The notes under the pieces were generated by a model. It searched no databases. It was not told the origin of the DNA and saw nothing but the letters and a program-made list of their open reading frames with translations. This document shows positions 41,506 to 52,224 of a stretch of 64,000 nucleotides of DNA, piece by piece (position 1 is the first letter of the stretch; each line of letters starts with the position of its first letter). Origin of the DNA: Thermodesulfovibrionales bacterium (lineage in GTDB: Bacteria; Nitrospirota; Thermodesulfovibrionia; Thermodesulfovibrionales; UBA9159); contig JBEKCV010000006.1 in assembly GCA_050014695.1 (NCBI GenBank), forward strand, positions 6,708-70,707, written 5' to 3'. A program made the position numbers and the translations under genes.

Positions 41506-44142
41506 TCAGGTCGCAGGGATATTCCCTCTTAACATCCTCACCCTCTCCCTTATCTCATCTGCAAAAACCTGATATTCATCGACACCTTCAGGTCTTTGAA
41601 AGGGATTGAGCTCGTGCGGATACAGCGGTTTTCCGAAGCTGAGCTTTATTGCTCCGGGTCTTGGCCAAAGGGTGCCGCGGGGCAACGCCTCAAAAGTCCC
41701 CTCAATGAGAACGGGGACAACGGGGACATTGTGCTGAAGAGCAAGGATCCCGATACCCCTTTTGAAGGGCATAAGGTTGCCGTCAAAGGATCTCCCTCCT
41801 TCCGGGAATATACAGAGGATACGATTATTTCTTAAGATATAGGACGATAGCCGAAGGGCCTTGCCCAGGAACGTCTCCGGATCTATGGGTATGGCGTGGG
41901 CAAGCCTCCCAAAGAGGGTAGGGAGCCACCATCCGCTGAAGTAAGTCTGGAAACCCTGAAAGGACATAGCTCTGAACACCCTGAAAGGGACAGCAGAGCC
42001 GATTACAAATCCGTCCAGATTGCTGCAGTGATTTGAGGCAACGATGAACGGCGGTTCCGGGAGGTTCTCAATTCCCTTGACCTCAAGGCGAAAGAAAAGA
42101 TCTAAAATTCCTCTGATAACTCTCAGGAGGGCGGCAGTTATCGCGCATTCAATCATACCCTGACGTAACCCGATCCTTTTTTTATCTTCTTCTGCAGGTT
42201 CTCCAGAGAGATCTTCCATGGCGGGCTTCTCCGTTTCGAGAGCAACCCGTGCCCTGAACTCCTTGACCTTCGAGACGAGTTCCCCGACGGTCTGGATTTC
42301 CGATGCTAAGGCTTCAGGAAGCTTCAGCGAAAAAGACTTTTCCAGAGCCACAACTAACTCGATCCTCTGGAGGGAATCGAGGCCCAGATCCAGTTCGAGA
42401 TTGTCTGTCGAGCGGATGGGAAGTCTCTCCCTCAGCAATGGGGTAATACATTTCACAACCCCCCTTCCCGCTTCGTCAGTCAACAGAGCCTTATCTTCTT
42501 CTCCCGGTTCCCTCCTCTCGCTTCTCACCACGCTGATCAAATCCTTGATCATAAACCTCTGTAATTTTCCCAGACGAGTCCGCGGAAGGGGTTCTGAATA
42601 TACGCTGAAACCTTTCAGTCTCATATACGAAGGCAGTGTGAGAGAGAACCTATTGATATCCCATCGGAGCGCGTCACGGACATTGCCTATCCGCTCCTTT
42701 CTTGCATAGTCAAGGTTTGGGACGATTATGCCATGGAGGGACTGGGTGAGGCCTCTTTCCTCAATCCCTGTGACGCAGATCTCCTTGATCAGGGGAATCT
42801 TGAGGTACTCCCTTTCCAGATCCTCGGGGTAGACATTCTTCCCGGAACTCAAGACAATAACCTCTTTCGCTCTCCCGGTAATAAAGAGATAACCTTCATT
42901 ATCCCTGTACCCCAGGTCACCGCTGAAAAACCAGCCGTCGCGGATAACCTTATCAGTTTCTCCGGGATCCCTGTAATAGCCCTGCATGACCATAGGCCCC
43001 TTGATGGCGATTTCACCCTCTCCTGTGGATGACGGCTCCATTATCTTTATCTCCACAGAAGGAAGTGGTTTCCCGACCGAGCCCGGCTTCCTTCTCTTGA
43101 GCGGATTAAAGGTAACCACCGGAGAAGTTTCAGTGAGACCGTAGCCTTCAAGGACAGTAAACCCGATGGCCTCAAGATCCTCCATCACTTGCGGGTCAAG
43201 TCTAGCCCCCCCACTCGCAAAAAACCTGAACCCCTCACCAAATGCCTTATGCGCAACGCTGAATATCCTTTTTCCCATGTTTATGCCGGTTATCTTTCTG
43301 AACCAGCCGCAGACTCTTAATAGAATTGTTAGGAGTAAAGCGACAAAGGCGGGCATATCCGAAAACCTTCTCATGATCCCGGTTCGTATCAGTTCCAGGA
43401 GCTGCGGTACCGCCACGAGAATGGTTACTCCTCTTTCCTTCATCGTAGAGACAAGTTCAGGCCCTTTGAGGCCTAAGGGGTAGGTTATGGCAGCACCGAG
43501 GAAAAGCGGAACGAGGAACGTGCAGAGAAAGGCATAGGTATGGTGAAGGGGAAGTATGGATAATACATTGTCGTCGTGGGTAACAATACCCGCGCTGATG
43601 GCAGCCTCTGCATCGGAGCAGAAATTCCTCTGGGTCAGAGTCACGCCCTTTGGCTTGCCGGTCGTTCCGGAGGTATAAACAATGGATGCCGTATCCCTTT
43701 CCGACATAAGAGGGAAATCGAGGGCCGAAGGCATCCCGCGGACATCTCTGAATCGAGGCGAATCAAAGTCGATCATTTTCGCCAGACCGCCAGCGTGCGC
43801 CTCTGTTTTCCTGCCGTGAAAAACGCATACTGCGCCAGAATCAGCGAGGAGATTCGCTATTTCGGCGGAACTGAGTTGCGCATCGATGGGTACCGCAATT
43901 GCTCCGGACATAAGGATTCCCAGGTATGCCGCGCCCCACTCAAATCTGTTCTCCGAAACAATGGCGATCCTGTCACCCCTCTTTACCCCTGACTGCAAAA
44001 GGGAGGCTGCTACGCCCTTCGTGTACCCCAAGAACTCTCCGTAGGTGAGGGTCTTCCATGTCTGGTCAAAATAGTTGAAGGCGATATTGTCGTGATATCT
44101 CTCCGCCGCTGCCAGGAATGCACTGATAATCGTAGCGCTCAT
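41506..44142 (-). CDS. Long-chain acyl-AMP ligase - acyl carrier domain - PlsC acyltransferase fusion
   Basis: YTSGTTGKPKG, GYGLTE, SGDLG; ACP motif LGLDSL; NHCSNLD and FPEGGRS. Confidence 0.9.
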   Translation of the reverse strand: MSATIISAFLAAAERYHDNIAFNYFDQTWKTLTYGEFLGYTKGVAASLLQSGVKRGDRIAIVSENRFEWGAAYLGILMSGAIAVPIDAQLSSAEIANLLADSGAVCVFHGRKTEAHAGGLAKMIDFDSPRFRDVRGMPSALDFPLMSERDTASIVYTSGTTGKPKGVTLTQRNFCSDAEAAISAGIVTHDDNVLSILPLHHTYAFLCTFLVPLFLGAAITYPLGLKGPELVSTMKERGVTILVAVPQLLELIRTGIMRRFSDMPAFVALLLTILLRVCGWFRKITGINMGKRIFSVAHKAFGEGFRFFASGGARLDPQVMEDLEAIGFTVLEGYGLTETSPVVTFNPLKRRKPGSVGKPLPSVEIKIMEPSSTGEGEIAIKGPMVMQGYYRDPGETDKVIRDGWFFSGDLGYRDNEGYLFITGRAKEVIVLSSGKNVYPEDLEREYLKIPLIKEICVTGIEERGLTQSLHGIIVPNLDYARKERIGNVRDALRWDINRFSLTLPSYMRLKGFSVYSEPLPRTRLGKLQRFMIKDLISVVRSERREPGEEDKALLTDEAGRGVVKCITPLLRERLPIRSTDNLELDLGLDSLQRIELVVALEKSFSLKLPEALASEIQTVGELVSKVKEFRARVALETEKPAMEDLSGEPAEEDKKRIGLRQGMIECAITAALLRVIRGILDLFFRLEVKGIENLPEPPFIVASNHCSNLDGFVIGSAVPFRVFRAMSFQGFQTYFSGWWLPTLFGRLAHAIPIDPETFLGKALRLSSYILRNNRILCIFPEGGRSFDGNLMPFKRGIGILALQHNVPVVPVLIEGTFEALPRGTLWPRPGAIKLSFGKPLYPHELNPFQRPEGVDEYQVFADEIRERVRMLRGNIPAT

Positions 44143-44373
44143 GATATCAGCGTCGGGAAACCGATTCGAAAGAACATAGAGATAACGGCGATGAAGTGCA
44201 GAAAACGGGAAGGCCTCGACTTCTCACAAAAGACCGGATAAAAAACACTTCTCCGAATACCGGGAGGCAAACGAACTGGCGAATCGATACTCAACGACAG
44301 ACAAGGATCCTGTCGCTCTTGAAAATTCAGGGGTTTTCCGCCGGACGCTATCCTCGTTTCCCCTCCAGCCTCC

Positions 44374-44799
44374 CTATGGGCCCATTTTTGTCTTGATCTC
44401 CTCAATCGCTTCTCCTGCAATATCTCTTACCTCTGCACGTTCGTCTTTCAAGGCACCTTCCAGGAAAGGAATGGCATCACCGTGACCTATGATGCCGAGG
44501 AGATAGGCGGCGTCGCCCCGGATAGTGGGGTTGTCATTTTCCAGGAGCGCCGTAATACCTGAAATTGAGCGTCTGATGTTGTTGGGATCCTGTTCCGACA
44601 GCGTCTCCACAAGGGCAGTAGTTCCCAATCTCACTCGCATTCGTTCATCCGTAATCAAATCACCGGTGAGCAGATAGAGACTGTTGTCATGTTTGAACAT
44701 ATCGATGATATGTTCGAGAAACCCTTTCTCCAGATAATCCCCGATCATCATTCTTAGGGCGGTTTTTCCTTCCATCATGATCTCTTCTCTCTTCCTCAT
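44374..44799 (-). CDS. Small HEAT-repeat protein
   Basis: DNPTIRGDAAYLLG, DERAEVRDIAGEAI; ATGA overlap with the GHKL gene stop. Confidence 0.8.
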   Translation of the reverse strand: MRKREEIMMEGKTALRMMIGDYLEKGFLEHIIDMFKHDNSLYLLTGDLITDERMRVRLGTTALVETLSEQDPNNIRRSISGITALLENDNPTIRGDAAYLLGIIGHGDAIPFLEGALKDERAEVRDIAGEAIEEIKTKMGP

Positions 44800-46265
44800 G
44801 CAAACGCATCCTTGAGCAGTTTACTCTGCCGTTCGAATGCCTGTCGCGGGTTCTTCGGGTCTTTCATAAGGGCGATTTCCTGCGTGATGAGCCTCGCCAG
44901 ATTCAGCGTATGGGTATCGACCTTTGCTGATTCTCTCTTGTAAAGCGGATGGTCACGGTTTATGTAAATCGTCGTCTCCTCGGAGAAGACCTCGGGGCCA
45001 TCTTCGCCGAAGTTGTCAACGACGCAGGAGACTCCTGCCTCGCCGAACCGTATTCTCTTTATTACCGCATTCGGCGTTAGCCCTTTCACTTTCGGCTTCT
45101 TCTTCCTCTTCTTCTGCAGCGCCCCTTCCGTTTTTTTTGCGGGAGTGATGTCCCGCCCTTCCCCCTCCTCCTCCGTCTTCTTCCGCTGCACCGCTGCGGC
45201 ACTCCCGATGCCGCCGGTCTCTTCCCCGATCGGAAGGGCTCCGAACGGTGAGAGGTCGGGATTCGCCACAAGGGCCTTGAAAACCCTCAGGAGCGCTTCC
45301 TTGAGCGCCCGGCTGACCTTCTTGCCCTCTTTTTTCATGCTTAGCCTCTGGAGCGATTCCTTTACGCCTTCCATCATTTTGTCAACGATCTTTTGGAATT
45401 CCCGGTATTCATCGGAGTCCTTGATAAATCCGGTCCTGTCGCTCGTTATAGGAAGAAAGTCTGCGTTCACCTCCCCCCTTACCCGTGCCATCGATTTTCC
45501 CCACGTCTCCATTCCGAAGAGTTCCCTCCTCACCGTCACCTGTTTGACCTTCACCTCAATGCCCAAGTCCTTGGATGAGGAAGCGGTCTCCGGGAGGATC
45601 ACGATCTCGCCAGTGAGGACACCGAAGGAGGTTCCTTCGAGGATCGGGATCCGATGGCCGGAAAGGCTGCGGGGAGTGACCGTGTGGTTGTTGATCCTCA
45701 CCCTGAAATGGGGCGCCTTGATCGGCGTTCCTTCGATAATCTTCGCCTCTATGTCCTTTGGCTCAAATTTCCGCTCCAGGCCCAGGAGGATGACCGTTGT
45801 GCCGCTTTGCTTCCTGAAGTCGGCGGGCAGCCTCTCAAAAGGCAGCTGCCAGACATCTCCGGTCTTTTCCCACTGCTCCTTGTCGAAAATTACCCTTCCG
45901 ACAAAGTCGTTCTTCTTCGTAACGACTTCAAACCTCCTGCACGCTGCGAGACTCGCAAACTTGCCGATTCCGAACTGGCCAATCCTGTCCCTGTGATATA
46001 CGGGGGATTGGGGGCAGTAAAGCTTTTGCTGGGAGCCGATGCTGAAATATTGTTTGAGCCCTTCTAGGTCCATGCCGCTTCCATTATCCTTTATCTCGAC
46101 CGCGTCTTCTGACAAGGTGATCTCGACAACGCTCGCATCCGCGTCATAAGCATTATTCACAAGTTCCCGAACGAACTCGATGCTTTCCGCATAAAGCTTT
46201 TCCCCGATTGTAATGATGTGGCTTTTGTCGATTGTTATCCGTATGAATTCTTGCTCCGCGTGCAT
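44796..46265 (-). CDS. GHKL (MORC/HATPase_c_3-like) ATPase
   Basis: RELVNNAYDADA, KDNGSGM, GQFGIGK, SGTTV; start placed at MHAEQE after a purine-rich RBS. Confidence 0.88.
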   Translation of the reverse strand: MHAEQEFIRITIDKSHIITIGEKLYAESIEFVRELVNNAYDADASVVEITLSEDAVEIKDNGSGMDLEGLKQYFSIGSQQKLYCPQSPVYHRDRIGQFGIGKFASLAACRRFEVVTKKNDFVGRVIFDKEQWEKTGDVWQLPFERLPADFRKQSGTTVILLGLERKFEPKDIEAKIIEGTPIKAPHFRVRINNHTVTPRSLSGHRIPILEGTSFGVLTGEIVILPETASSSKDLGIEVKVKQVTVRRELFGMETWGKSMARVRGEVNADFLPITSDRTGFIKDSDEYREFQKIVDKMMEGVKESLQRLSMKKEGKKVSRALKEALLRVFKALVANPDLSPFGALPIGEETGGIGSAAAVQRKKTEEEGEGRDITPAKKTEGALQKKRKKKPKVKGLTPNAVIKRIRFGEAGVSCVVDNFGEDGPEVFSEETTIYINRDHPLYKRESAKVDTHTLNLARLITQEIALMKDPKNPRQAFERQSKLLKDAFA

Positions 46266-46334
46266 AGAGACCCCCTCTCCTTCATCCCCGGATGCGATAT
46301 GATACCATGGTTTTGATGTATAATACCCTTTATT

Positions 46335-48437
46335 ATGGGCCTTTGGGACACGATAAAAAGGGATTACAGGGCTGTCTTCAGGAATGACCCCGCCGCAAGG
46401 AACGGGCTGGAGGTGATCCTCACCTATCCCGGCCTTCATGCAATATTTCTCCACCGGATTGATCATTTCCTTTGGAACTTAGGGACCCCCCTGATCCCGC
46501 GGCTTTTATCGCACGTCGCACGTTTTCTCACGGGCATCGAGATACACCCTGCGGCAAAAATAGGGGCCGGTTTTTTTATCGACCACGGCATGGGCGTGGT
46601 GATCGGTGAGACATCCGAGGTGGGGGAGGACTGCCTCCTTTACCAGGGCGTTACACTGGGCGGCACCGGAAAAGAAAAGGGCAAGCGTCATCCTACACTC
46701 GGTGATCATGTGGTCGTGGGTGCCGGTGCCAAGATCCTGGGCGCAATCACCATAGGAAATCATGCGAAGATCGGCGCAAATGCCGTGGTGCTTGATCCCG
46801 TTCCCGATTACTCAATCGTTGTTGGCATCCCCGGGAGAGTAATCAAGAAAAAGGTTTTGAGGATGATGGAGGAAGGCCCCGTGGAAAGCCTTGCCCGCGT
46901 GTATATGGCCGATCCGGTAGAGGAAAAATTCAGGGAGATAGAGAGGAAGATAGAAAAACTCGAGGGCAAAGGAGGAGTGATGCGCGTTTATAATACCCTG
47001 ACGGGGAATAAGGAGGAACTGCTGCCCCTGTCTCCGGGAAAAATCGGGATGTACGCATGCGGGGTCACGGTGTATGACCTCTGTCACATAGGCCACGCGA
47101 GGAGCGCCATCGTCTTTGATGTCATAAGGAGATACTTAACATTCAAAGGGCTTGCCGTAAAGTATGTAAGAAACTTCACTGATATTGACGACAAGATCAT
47201 AAACAGGGCGCGGGAGGAAGGCATTCCATGGGATGAAGTTGCGAGGAAATATACGGCGGAGTTTCACCGAGACATGGACAGGCTGGGTGTCGAAAGAGCG
47301 GATATTGAGCCGCTCGCGACAGAGCACATACCCGAGATCATAGCAATCGTCAAAGGGTTGCTCGACAAAGGGTATGCCTATGTTATTGCCGGGGACGTCT
47401 ATTTTGAGGTCCGGAAATTCCCTGATTATGGAAAGCTCTCGAAGAGGGACATCAGGGAGATGCTTGCCGGTGCACGCGTAGAGGTGGATGAGAGAAAGAA
47501 GAACCCCATGGACTTTGCACTCTGGAAATCGTCGAAACCGGGGGAGCCTTCATGGGACAGCCCATGGGGTCCTGGAAGGCCGGGGTGGCATATTGAATGC
47601 ACAGCCATGGCCACGAAACATATCGGTGAGAGCTTGGATATCCACGGCGGCGGTGCTGATCTCATCTTCCCTCACCATGAAAACGAGTTGGCTCAATCTG
47701 AAGCATATAGCGGTAAGCCTTTTGTAAAGTATTGGGTGCATAACGGCTTCATTACGATCGATAGAGAGAAGATGTCGAAGTCCCTGGGGAATTTCTTCAC
47801 CATACGGGAGATCCTTGATAAGTTCGATCCCGAGGTTGTCAGGTTCTTTCTCCTCTCTACCCATTATAGAAGCCCCATCGAGTTCTCCGACGAATCACTC
47901 CGCGAGGCAGAGTCATCGCTGGACAGATATTACACCACGCTCATCCGGATTGAGGATTTTTTGCGAGATGGGGCTGAAAAAGCAGGACCATCTGCTGAAG
48001 AAACATCCCTCGAGGAAACCCACGCCGCTTTTATGAATAAGGTCTGTGAAGCAATGGATGATGACTTTAACACGGCGCTGGCGCTCGGCCATATCTTTGA
48101 ATTGATACGCGACACGAACAGGTTCTTAGACTCTGCGCCCTCGGGTCAGAAGGCGAGAGATCTCTTGACGACGACACGGGATATCCTGAGTCAAGCGGTG
48201 AGTGTTCTGCATATCCTCGATAAAAGGCCCGAAGAGTGGTACGATGCCCTGATGCAGTCCAAGAAGATCCCGTACGCAAAAGACGAGATACTCACCAAGA
48301 TACGACAGCGGCAAGAGGCAAGGCAGAGGAAGGATTGGGCAGCGGCAGATGCCATCCGGAAGGAACTTGAGGCGCATCAGATCATCCTCGAAGATAAGAA
48401 AAACGGCACCAGATGGAAAGTGGGGGTCAGTAAATAA
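46335..48437 (+). CDS. cysS: Serine O-acetyltransferase (CysE) fused in frame to cysteinyl-tRNA synthetase (CysS)
   Basis: aa 1-215 CysE ([23 protein letters not shown]); from MRVYNTL (46980) CysS with CGVTVY, HIGH, GWHIEC, KMSKS. Confidence 0.93.
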   Translation: MGLWDTIKRDYRAVFRNDPAARNGLEVILTYPGLHAIFLHRIDHFLWNLGTPLIPRLLSHVARFLTGIEIHPAAKIGAGFFIDHGMGVVIGETSEVGEDCLLYQGVTLGGTGKEKGKRHPTLGDHVVVGAGAKILGAITIGNHAKIGANAVVLDPVPDYSIVVGIPGRVIKKKVLRMMEEGPVESLARVYMADPVEEKFREIERKIEKLEGKGGVMRVYNTLTGNKEELLPLSPGKIGMYACGVTVYDLCHIGHARSAIVFDVIRRYLTFKGLAVKYVRNFTDIDDKIINRAREEGIPWDEVARKYTAEFHRDMDRLGVERADIEPLATEHIPEIIAIVKGLLDKGYAYVIAGDVYFEVRKFPDYGKLSKRDIREMLAGARVEVDERKKNPMDFALWKSSKPGEPSWDSPWGPGRPGWHIECTAMATKHIGESLDIHGGGADLIFPHHENELAQSEAYSGKPFVKYWVHNGFITIDREKMSKSLGNFFTIREILDKFDPEVVRFFLLSTHYRSPIEFSDESLREAESSLDRYYTTLIRIEDFLRDGAEKAGPSAEETSLEETHAAFMNKVCEAMDDDFNTALALGHIFELIRDTNRFLDSAPSGQKARDLLTTTRDILSQAVSVLHILDKRPEEWYDALMQSKKIPYAKDEILTKIRQRQEARQRKDWAAADAIRKELEAHQIILEDKKNGTRWKVGVSK

Positions 48438-48511
48438 TCACTTTTTATAGAGATGAATCTGCAGCGCCGGCTCCTTCACCGGAAACTTCACTGCAAAAGA
48501 TTGCCGGGATT

Positions 48512-48844
48512 TTATCCACGGGCCGCTCTCTCAGCCATCTTGCCTCTTTCCTTCATATGGTCCATCAAGACCTCTCTCATAAGAGAGCACGCAACGATGA
48601 CCTTGCGGTTTGATACGCTGTAATATATATGAATGCCTTTCCGCCTCGATTTCAGTATCCCTTTATATCTCATTACCGCGAGATGCTGAGACACATTTGC
48701 CTTGGGGACGCCCAGGATCTCCACGAGTTCACTCACGGTTTTTTCGCCTTCCCGGAGGGCATCGAGGATTTCAATCCTCTTGGGACTTGCAAGGGTCTTG
48801 CAGATATCCGATTGCATTTCAAACAGTGCCTTATCTTTTCCCAT
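48512..48844 (-). CDS. ArsR/SmtB-family transcriptional regulator
   Basis: KTLASPKRIEIL, VSQHLAVMR winged HTH. Confidence 0.92.
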   Translation of the reverse strand: MGKDKALFEMQSDICKTLASPKRIEILDALREGEKTVSELVEILGVPKANVSQHLAVMRYKGILKSRRKGIHIYYSVSNRKVIVACSLMREVLMDHMKERGKMAERAARG

Positions 48845-48967
48845 ACCCTTATCCTATAGTATTTATCGTCAAGATATCAATGGGTAGCGTTTCTTCGTGA
48901 GACTCCGGGTCCTCTTTTGGTCTCACCACGCCACTTTACATTTCAACAAGATTTGCGGTATCTTTTT

Positions 48968-49630
48968 ATGATGATGATTGATCTTCATACCCATACCCTC
49001 TTCAGCGATGGAGAACTCCTCCCCTGTGAGCTGATACGAAGGGCCGTTGTAGCGGGCTATGCCGCTCTTGCCGTAACGGACCATGTTGACCAGTCCAACA
49101 TAGACTTTGTGGTGCCGCGAATCGTTAGCGCACTGAAGAAAATAAAGGAATTCGTCCCCATCGAGGTAATCCCGGGGGCCGAGATAACGCATGCGCCACC
49201 GAGGCTCATTCCTGACCTCGTGAAAGAAGCCCGCGCCCTCGGCGCACGAATCGTTCTTGTCCACGGTGAGACGGTTGTTGAGCCTGTCATGGAAGGAACG
49301 AACAGGGCCGCCATCGAGGCTGGAGCCGATATCATATCTCACCCAGGGCTAATCACTACCGAAGACATCCTCTTTGCAAAGGACAAGGGCGTTGTGCTTG
49401 AGATCACCTCGCGGAAAGGTCACTCACTCTCGAATGGCTATGTGGCAAAGGAGACGATCAAGTTCGGTGTGTCTTTGACGATAAATACTGACTCCCACGG
49501 CCCGGGAGACCTCATCACGCAAGAGACCGCGCGGAAGATACTCTTGGCAGCCGGCATAGATGAAAATCGTCTTGAGTCAATATTCGAAAATGCAAAACTA
49601 CTCGTTGAAAAAGCGTTAAGGGGGAATTAA
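48968..49630 (+). CDS. PHP-domain phosphoesterase (histidinol-phosphatase-like)
   Basis: DLHTHT, TDH, HGET, SHPG, NTDSH; three possible ATGs at 48968-48974. Confidence 0.88.
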   Translation: MMMIDLHTHTLFSDGELLPCELIRRAVVAGYAALAVTDHVDQSNIDFVVPRIVSALKKIKEFVPIEVIPGAEITHAPPRLIPDLVKEARALGARIVLVHGETVVEPVMEGTNRAAIEAGADIISHPGLITTEDILFAKDKGVVLEITSRKGHSLSNGYVAKETIKFGVSLTINTDSHGPGDLITQETARKILLAAGIDENRLESIFENAKLLVEKALRGN

Positions 49631-50322
49631 TGCCAAAGGCTATCAAGAAGAAGATCGCAAAACCCGCGAAAAAAGAAGAAGATGTTCGGGGTATCATCCA
49701 TGAGGTCCGTAAATCCATCGCGGGGAGGAAAAAATATCTTCTTCCGATAGTGATCATAGCAGCCGTGGCGGTTATCGCAAGCGCAGGGTTTCTCATGTAT
49801 CGGTCAAGCATGAACGCAAAGGCTGACGCCCTTGGAAATGAAGGGTATCAAATCTATTACGGACTGTACCAAAAACAGCCGCTTCAGAAAGAAGACCATT
49901 ACCAGAAGGCACTCGAGAAATTTCAAAAGTCGTATGAGGCGAAAAAGTCACCGATCTCGCTCTTTTATATTGCGAGCTGCTACGAGGCCATGGGCAAGTA
50001 CGATGATTCCCTGAAGGCGCTGAAGGAGCTGAATGAACGATTTCCGGATGACGAGATATACGTGCCCCTTGCTTACTATAAGATGGCAATGATCGACCTG
50101 AAGAAAGGCAATACCGACGAGGCCCTTAAGTATCTCGATACCATAACGAATTATAAAACGGGCTCATTCAAAGATCTTGCCCTGTCAGAATCTGCAAAAC
50201 TTCTCGAGTCGATGGGCAAGAAAGAAGAAGCCGCAAAAAAATACGCGCAGTTGAAGAAAGACTTTCCGAATTCACCGTTTGCAATGGCAGGGCAGGGACA
50301 GGCGGGAGAGAAAAAAGATTAA
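49630..50322 (+). CDS. Membrane-anchored TPR protein (YfgM-like)
   Basis: Basic N-terminus, one TM, TPR-like helices. Confidence 0.8.
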   Translation: MPKAIKKKIAKPAKKEEDVRGIIHEVRKSIAGRKKYLLPIVIIAAVAVIASAGFLMYRSSMNAKADALGNEGYQIYYGLYQKQPLQKEDHYQKALEKFQKSYEAKKSPISLFYIASCYEAMGKYDDSLKALKELNERFPDDEIYVPLAYYKMAMIDLKKGNTDEALKYLDTITNYKTGSFKDLALSESAKLLESMGKKEEAAKKYAQLKKDFPNSPFAMAGQGQAGEKKD

Positions 50323-51614
50323 TTATTTACGAAGGCATCTTTTTTACCCAGCGAGGTTACGAGTATCCTTTTATTCCCCTTCTTTTTGAGTTTCTTGCAC
50401 GAAACCGTTTTGAGTGTTGCCCTATCATCCCTGTCCAATGAAAACTTCTCTTTCGGGGGAAGGTAAATCTTCTCGCCAGCCTTCACTGTCGGAACCCCCT
50501 CATTGAGTTGGACGATAACGCTGGCCGGCACGCCTGTTTTATGTGCGATCTTCTTCACGGTATCCCCCTTTTTCACAGCATAGGTGGCGATCGTAAAGCG
50601 CTCATGCTCAGGGATTCTCGAAAGATTTTCTATAAAGAGGTCCTTCCCGCCGACCGGTATCCTCAATGCGTAGGAATCAACATTGCCCGGGGTGCTCCAT
50701 CTTCTGAGTTCCGGGTTAAGCTCCTTGATGGCATCGACCGTGGTTTGCGCGCAGCGTGCAGCGACATCAAGGTCGAGCGGCTTTTCAATGAGCACCTCAT
50801 CATACTCAAGGGGGGCATGATAATCAAGATTATTAAATCCGTAGGATTGGGGATCAGACGCAATCATTGTTGCTGCGATAAAGCGGGGCACATATTCCTT
50901 TGTTTCGTTCTTGATCTGTTTTGTACTGAGCAGCGCCCAATAATCATCGCTTTTTGACCGGTTCAAGGCCTTGAGAATCTTTCCCTCACCGGCATTGTAC
51001 GCGGCCATCGCGAGGTTCCACGACCCGAACATATCATAGAGATCCTTGAGATAGTTTGCGGCGGCTTCAGTGGACTTTACCGGGTCTTTTCTCTCATCCC
51101 GCCACCAATCGATCTTAAGACCGTAGCGTTTGCCCGTGGAAGCAATGAACTGCCAGGGCCCTACGGCCCTTGCCACGGAATACGCATTTGGACTGAATCC
51201 GCTCTCGATGAGAGGAAGGAAGGCTATATCTTCTGGGATGTTATTTGCCCTGAATATTTCCTTCATCAGCTCAACATATTTCCCCGATCTCGCCAGCCAG
51301 ATCGAGAATTTTTCCTTAATCCTTTCTGTGAACAATGAGATACTTCGGTTTACGGCCTTTGTGGCAAGAGGCGTTTCGGGGTACGGAACTGTAGCACCAT
51401 GAGCATCTTTTGTCTCAGGCTGCACTTCCCCCGGACTTTCTTCAGCCGCTTGCGCCGGAGAGGGGCCTTGTTCAGTCGATTCTTTGTTCTGGTCGAGGGC
51501 AGGAGAGTCTTTAGCGGAAAGCTCATCGCACCAAACGTCGTGAGAACTAAGGAAGAAAGAGAAAAGACAAGACATTAAGCAAGACAACCCGATAAATGAA
51601 ATCCGCCTTATCAT
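50319..51614 (-). CDS. Lytic transglycosylase with LysM domain (MltD-like)
   Basis: IESGF, AVGPWQF, AAYNAGEG, ETKEYVP, YAVKKGDT. Confidence 0.9.
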   Translation of the reverse strand: MIRRISFIGLSCLMSCLFSFFLSSHDVWCDELSAKDSPALDQNKESTEQGPSPAQAAEESPGEVQPETKDAHGATVPYPETPLATKAVNRSISLFTERIKEKFSIWLARSGKYVELMKEIFRANNIPEDIAFLPLIESGFSPNAYSVARAVGPWQFIASTGKRYGLKIDWWRDERKDPVKSTEAAANYLKDLYDMFGSWNLAMAAYNAGEGKILKALNRSKSDDYWALLSTKQIKNETKEYVPRFIAATMIASDPQSYGFNNLDYHAPLEYDEVLIEKPLDLDVAARCAQTTVDAIKELNPELRRWSTPGNVDSYALRIPVGGKDLFIENLSRIPEHERFTIATYAVKKGDTVKKIAHKTGVPASVIVQLNEGVPTVKAGEKIYLPPKEKFSLDRDDRATLKTVSCKKLKKKGNKRILVTSLGKKDAFVNN

Positions 51615-51816
51615 GACACCTATTCATAGCTGAAAATTGCCTGTTTGTCAAGAAATATTTTTTTCTTATCCTGAGAAAACAGAATCCGACAGATTCAGGC
51701 CCTGCGCCCCAGTCGATGGCTCACGTCGTCTCTCCCTTGCCGTCTCTCCCTGGTTCTGGTTCTTCTCACAGAAATCGGCTGGTTGCAAAATCCCGGTCGA
51801 AATGTTAGATTTTCCT

Positions 51817-52224
51817 GTGAGATACGGCGAGCGCGCGATAAAAAAAGCACGACTGGAGATCTGGGATAATCCCTGTGCAGAGAGAGATTACGAAATCAAT
51901 ATCACTTTCCCTGAGTTCACCTGTCTTTGCCCCCGTTCGGGGTATCCCGATTTTGCGGCAATCAAAATAACCTATGTGCCAGCCAAGAAAATCGTGGAGC
52001 TCAAATCTCTAAAACTCTATCTCAATTCTTTCAGGGATATCCCCGTTTCCCACGAAGAGGTCACCAATAGGATATACTCGGAAATGGAGAATCGATTGAA
52101 ACCCAGATTTCTCGAAGTTATCGGAGATTTCAATCCGAGGGGGAATGTGAAAACGCTCATCATGGTTAGCTCTGAAGGCCGTGGGAAGCAGTCAGCTGTT
52201 ACGCGCCCTTTGCCCTCTCGATGA
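51817..52224 (+). CDS. queF: preQ0 reductase QueF (type I)
   Basis: [33 protein letters not shown]; likely GTG start at 51817. Confidence 0.93.
   Translation: MRYGERAIKKARLEIWDNPCAERDYEINITFPEFTCLCPRSGYPDFAAIKITYVPAKKIVELKSLKLYLNSFRDIPVSHEEVTNRIYSEMENRLKPRFLEVIGDFNPRGNVKTLIMVSSEGRGKQSAVTRPLPSR

Noticed and set aside
44154-44176. GGGAAACCGATTCGAAAGAA resembling a c-di-GMP-I P2 stem
   Set aside because: Wrong strand for the flanking genes and the rest of the consensus is absent
45013-45996. 327-aa plus-strand ORF
   Set aside because: Antisense shadow of the GHKL ATPase gene; no recognisable motifs
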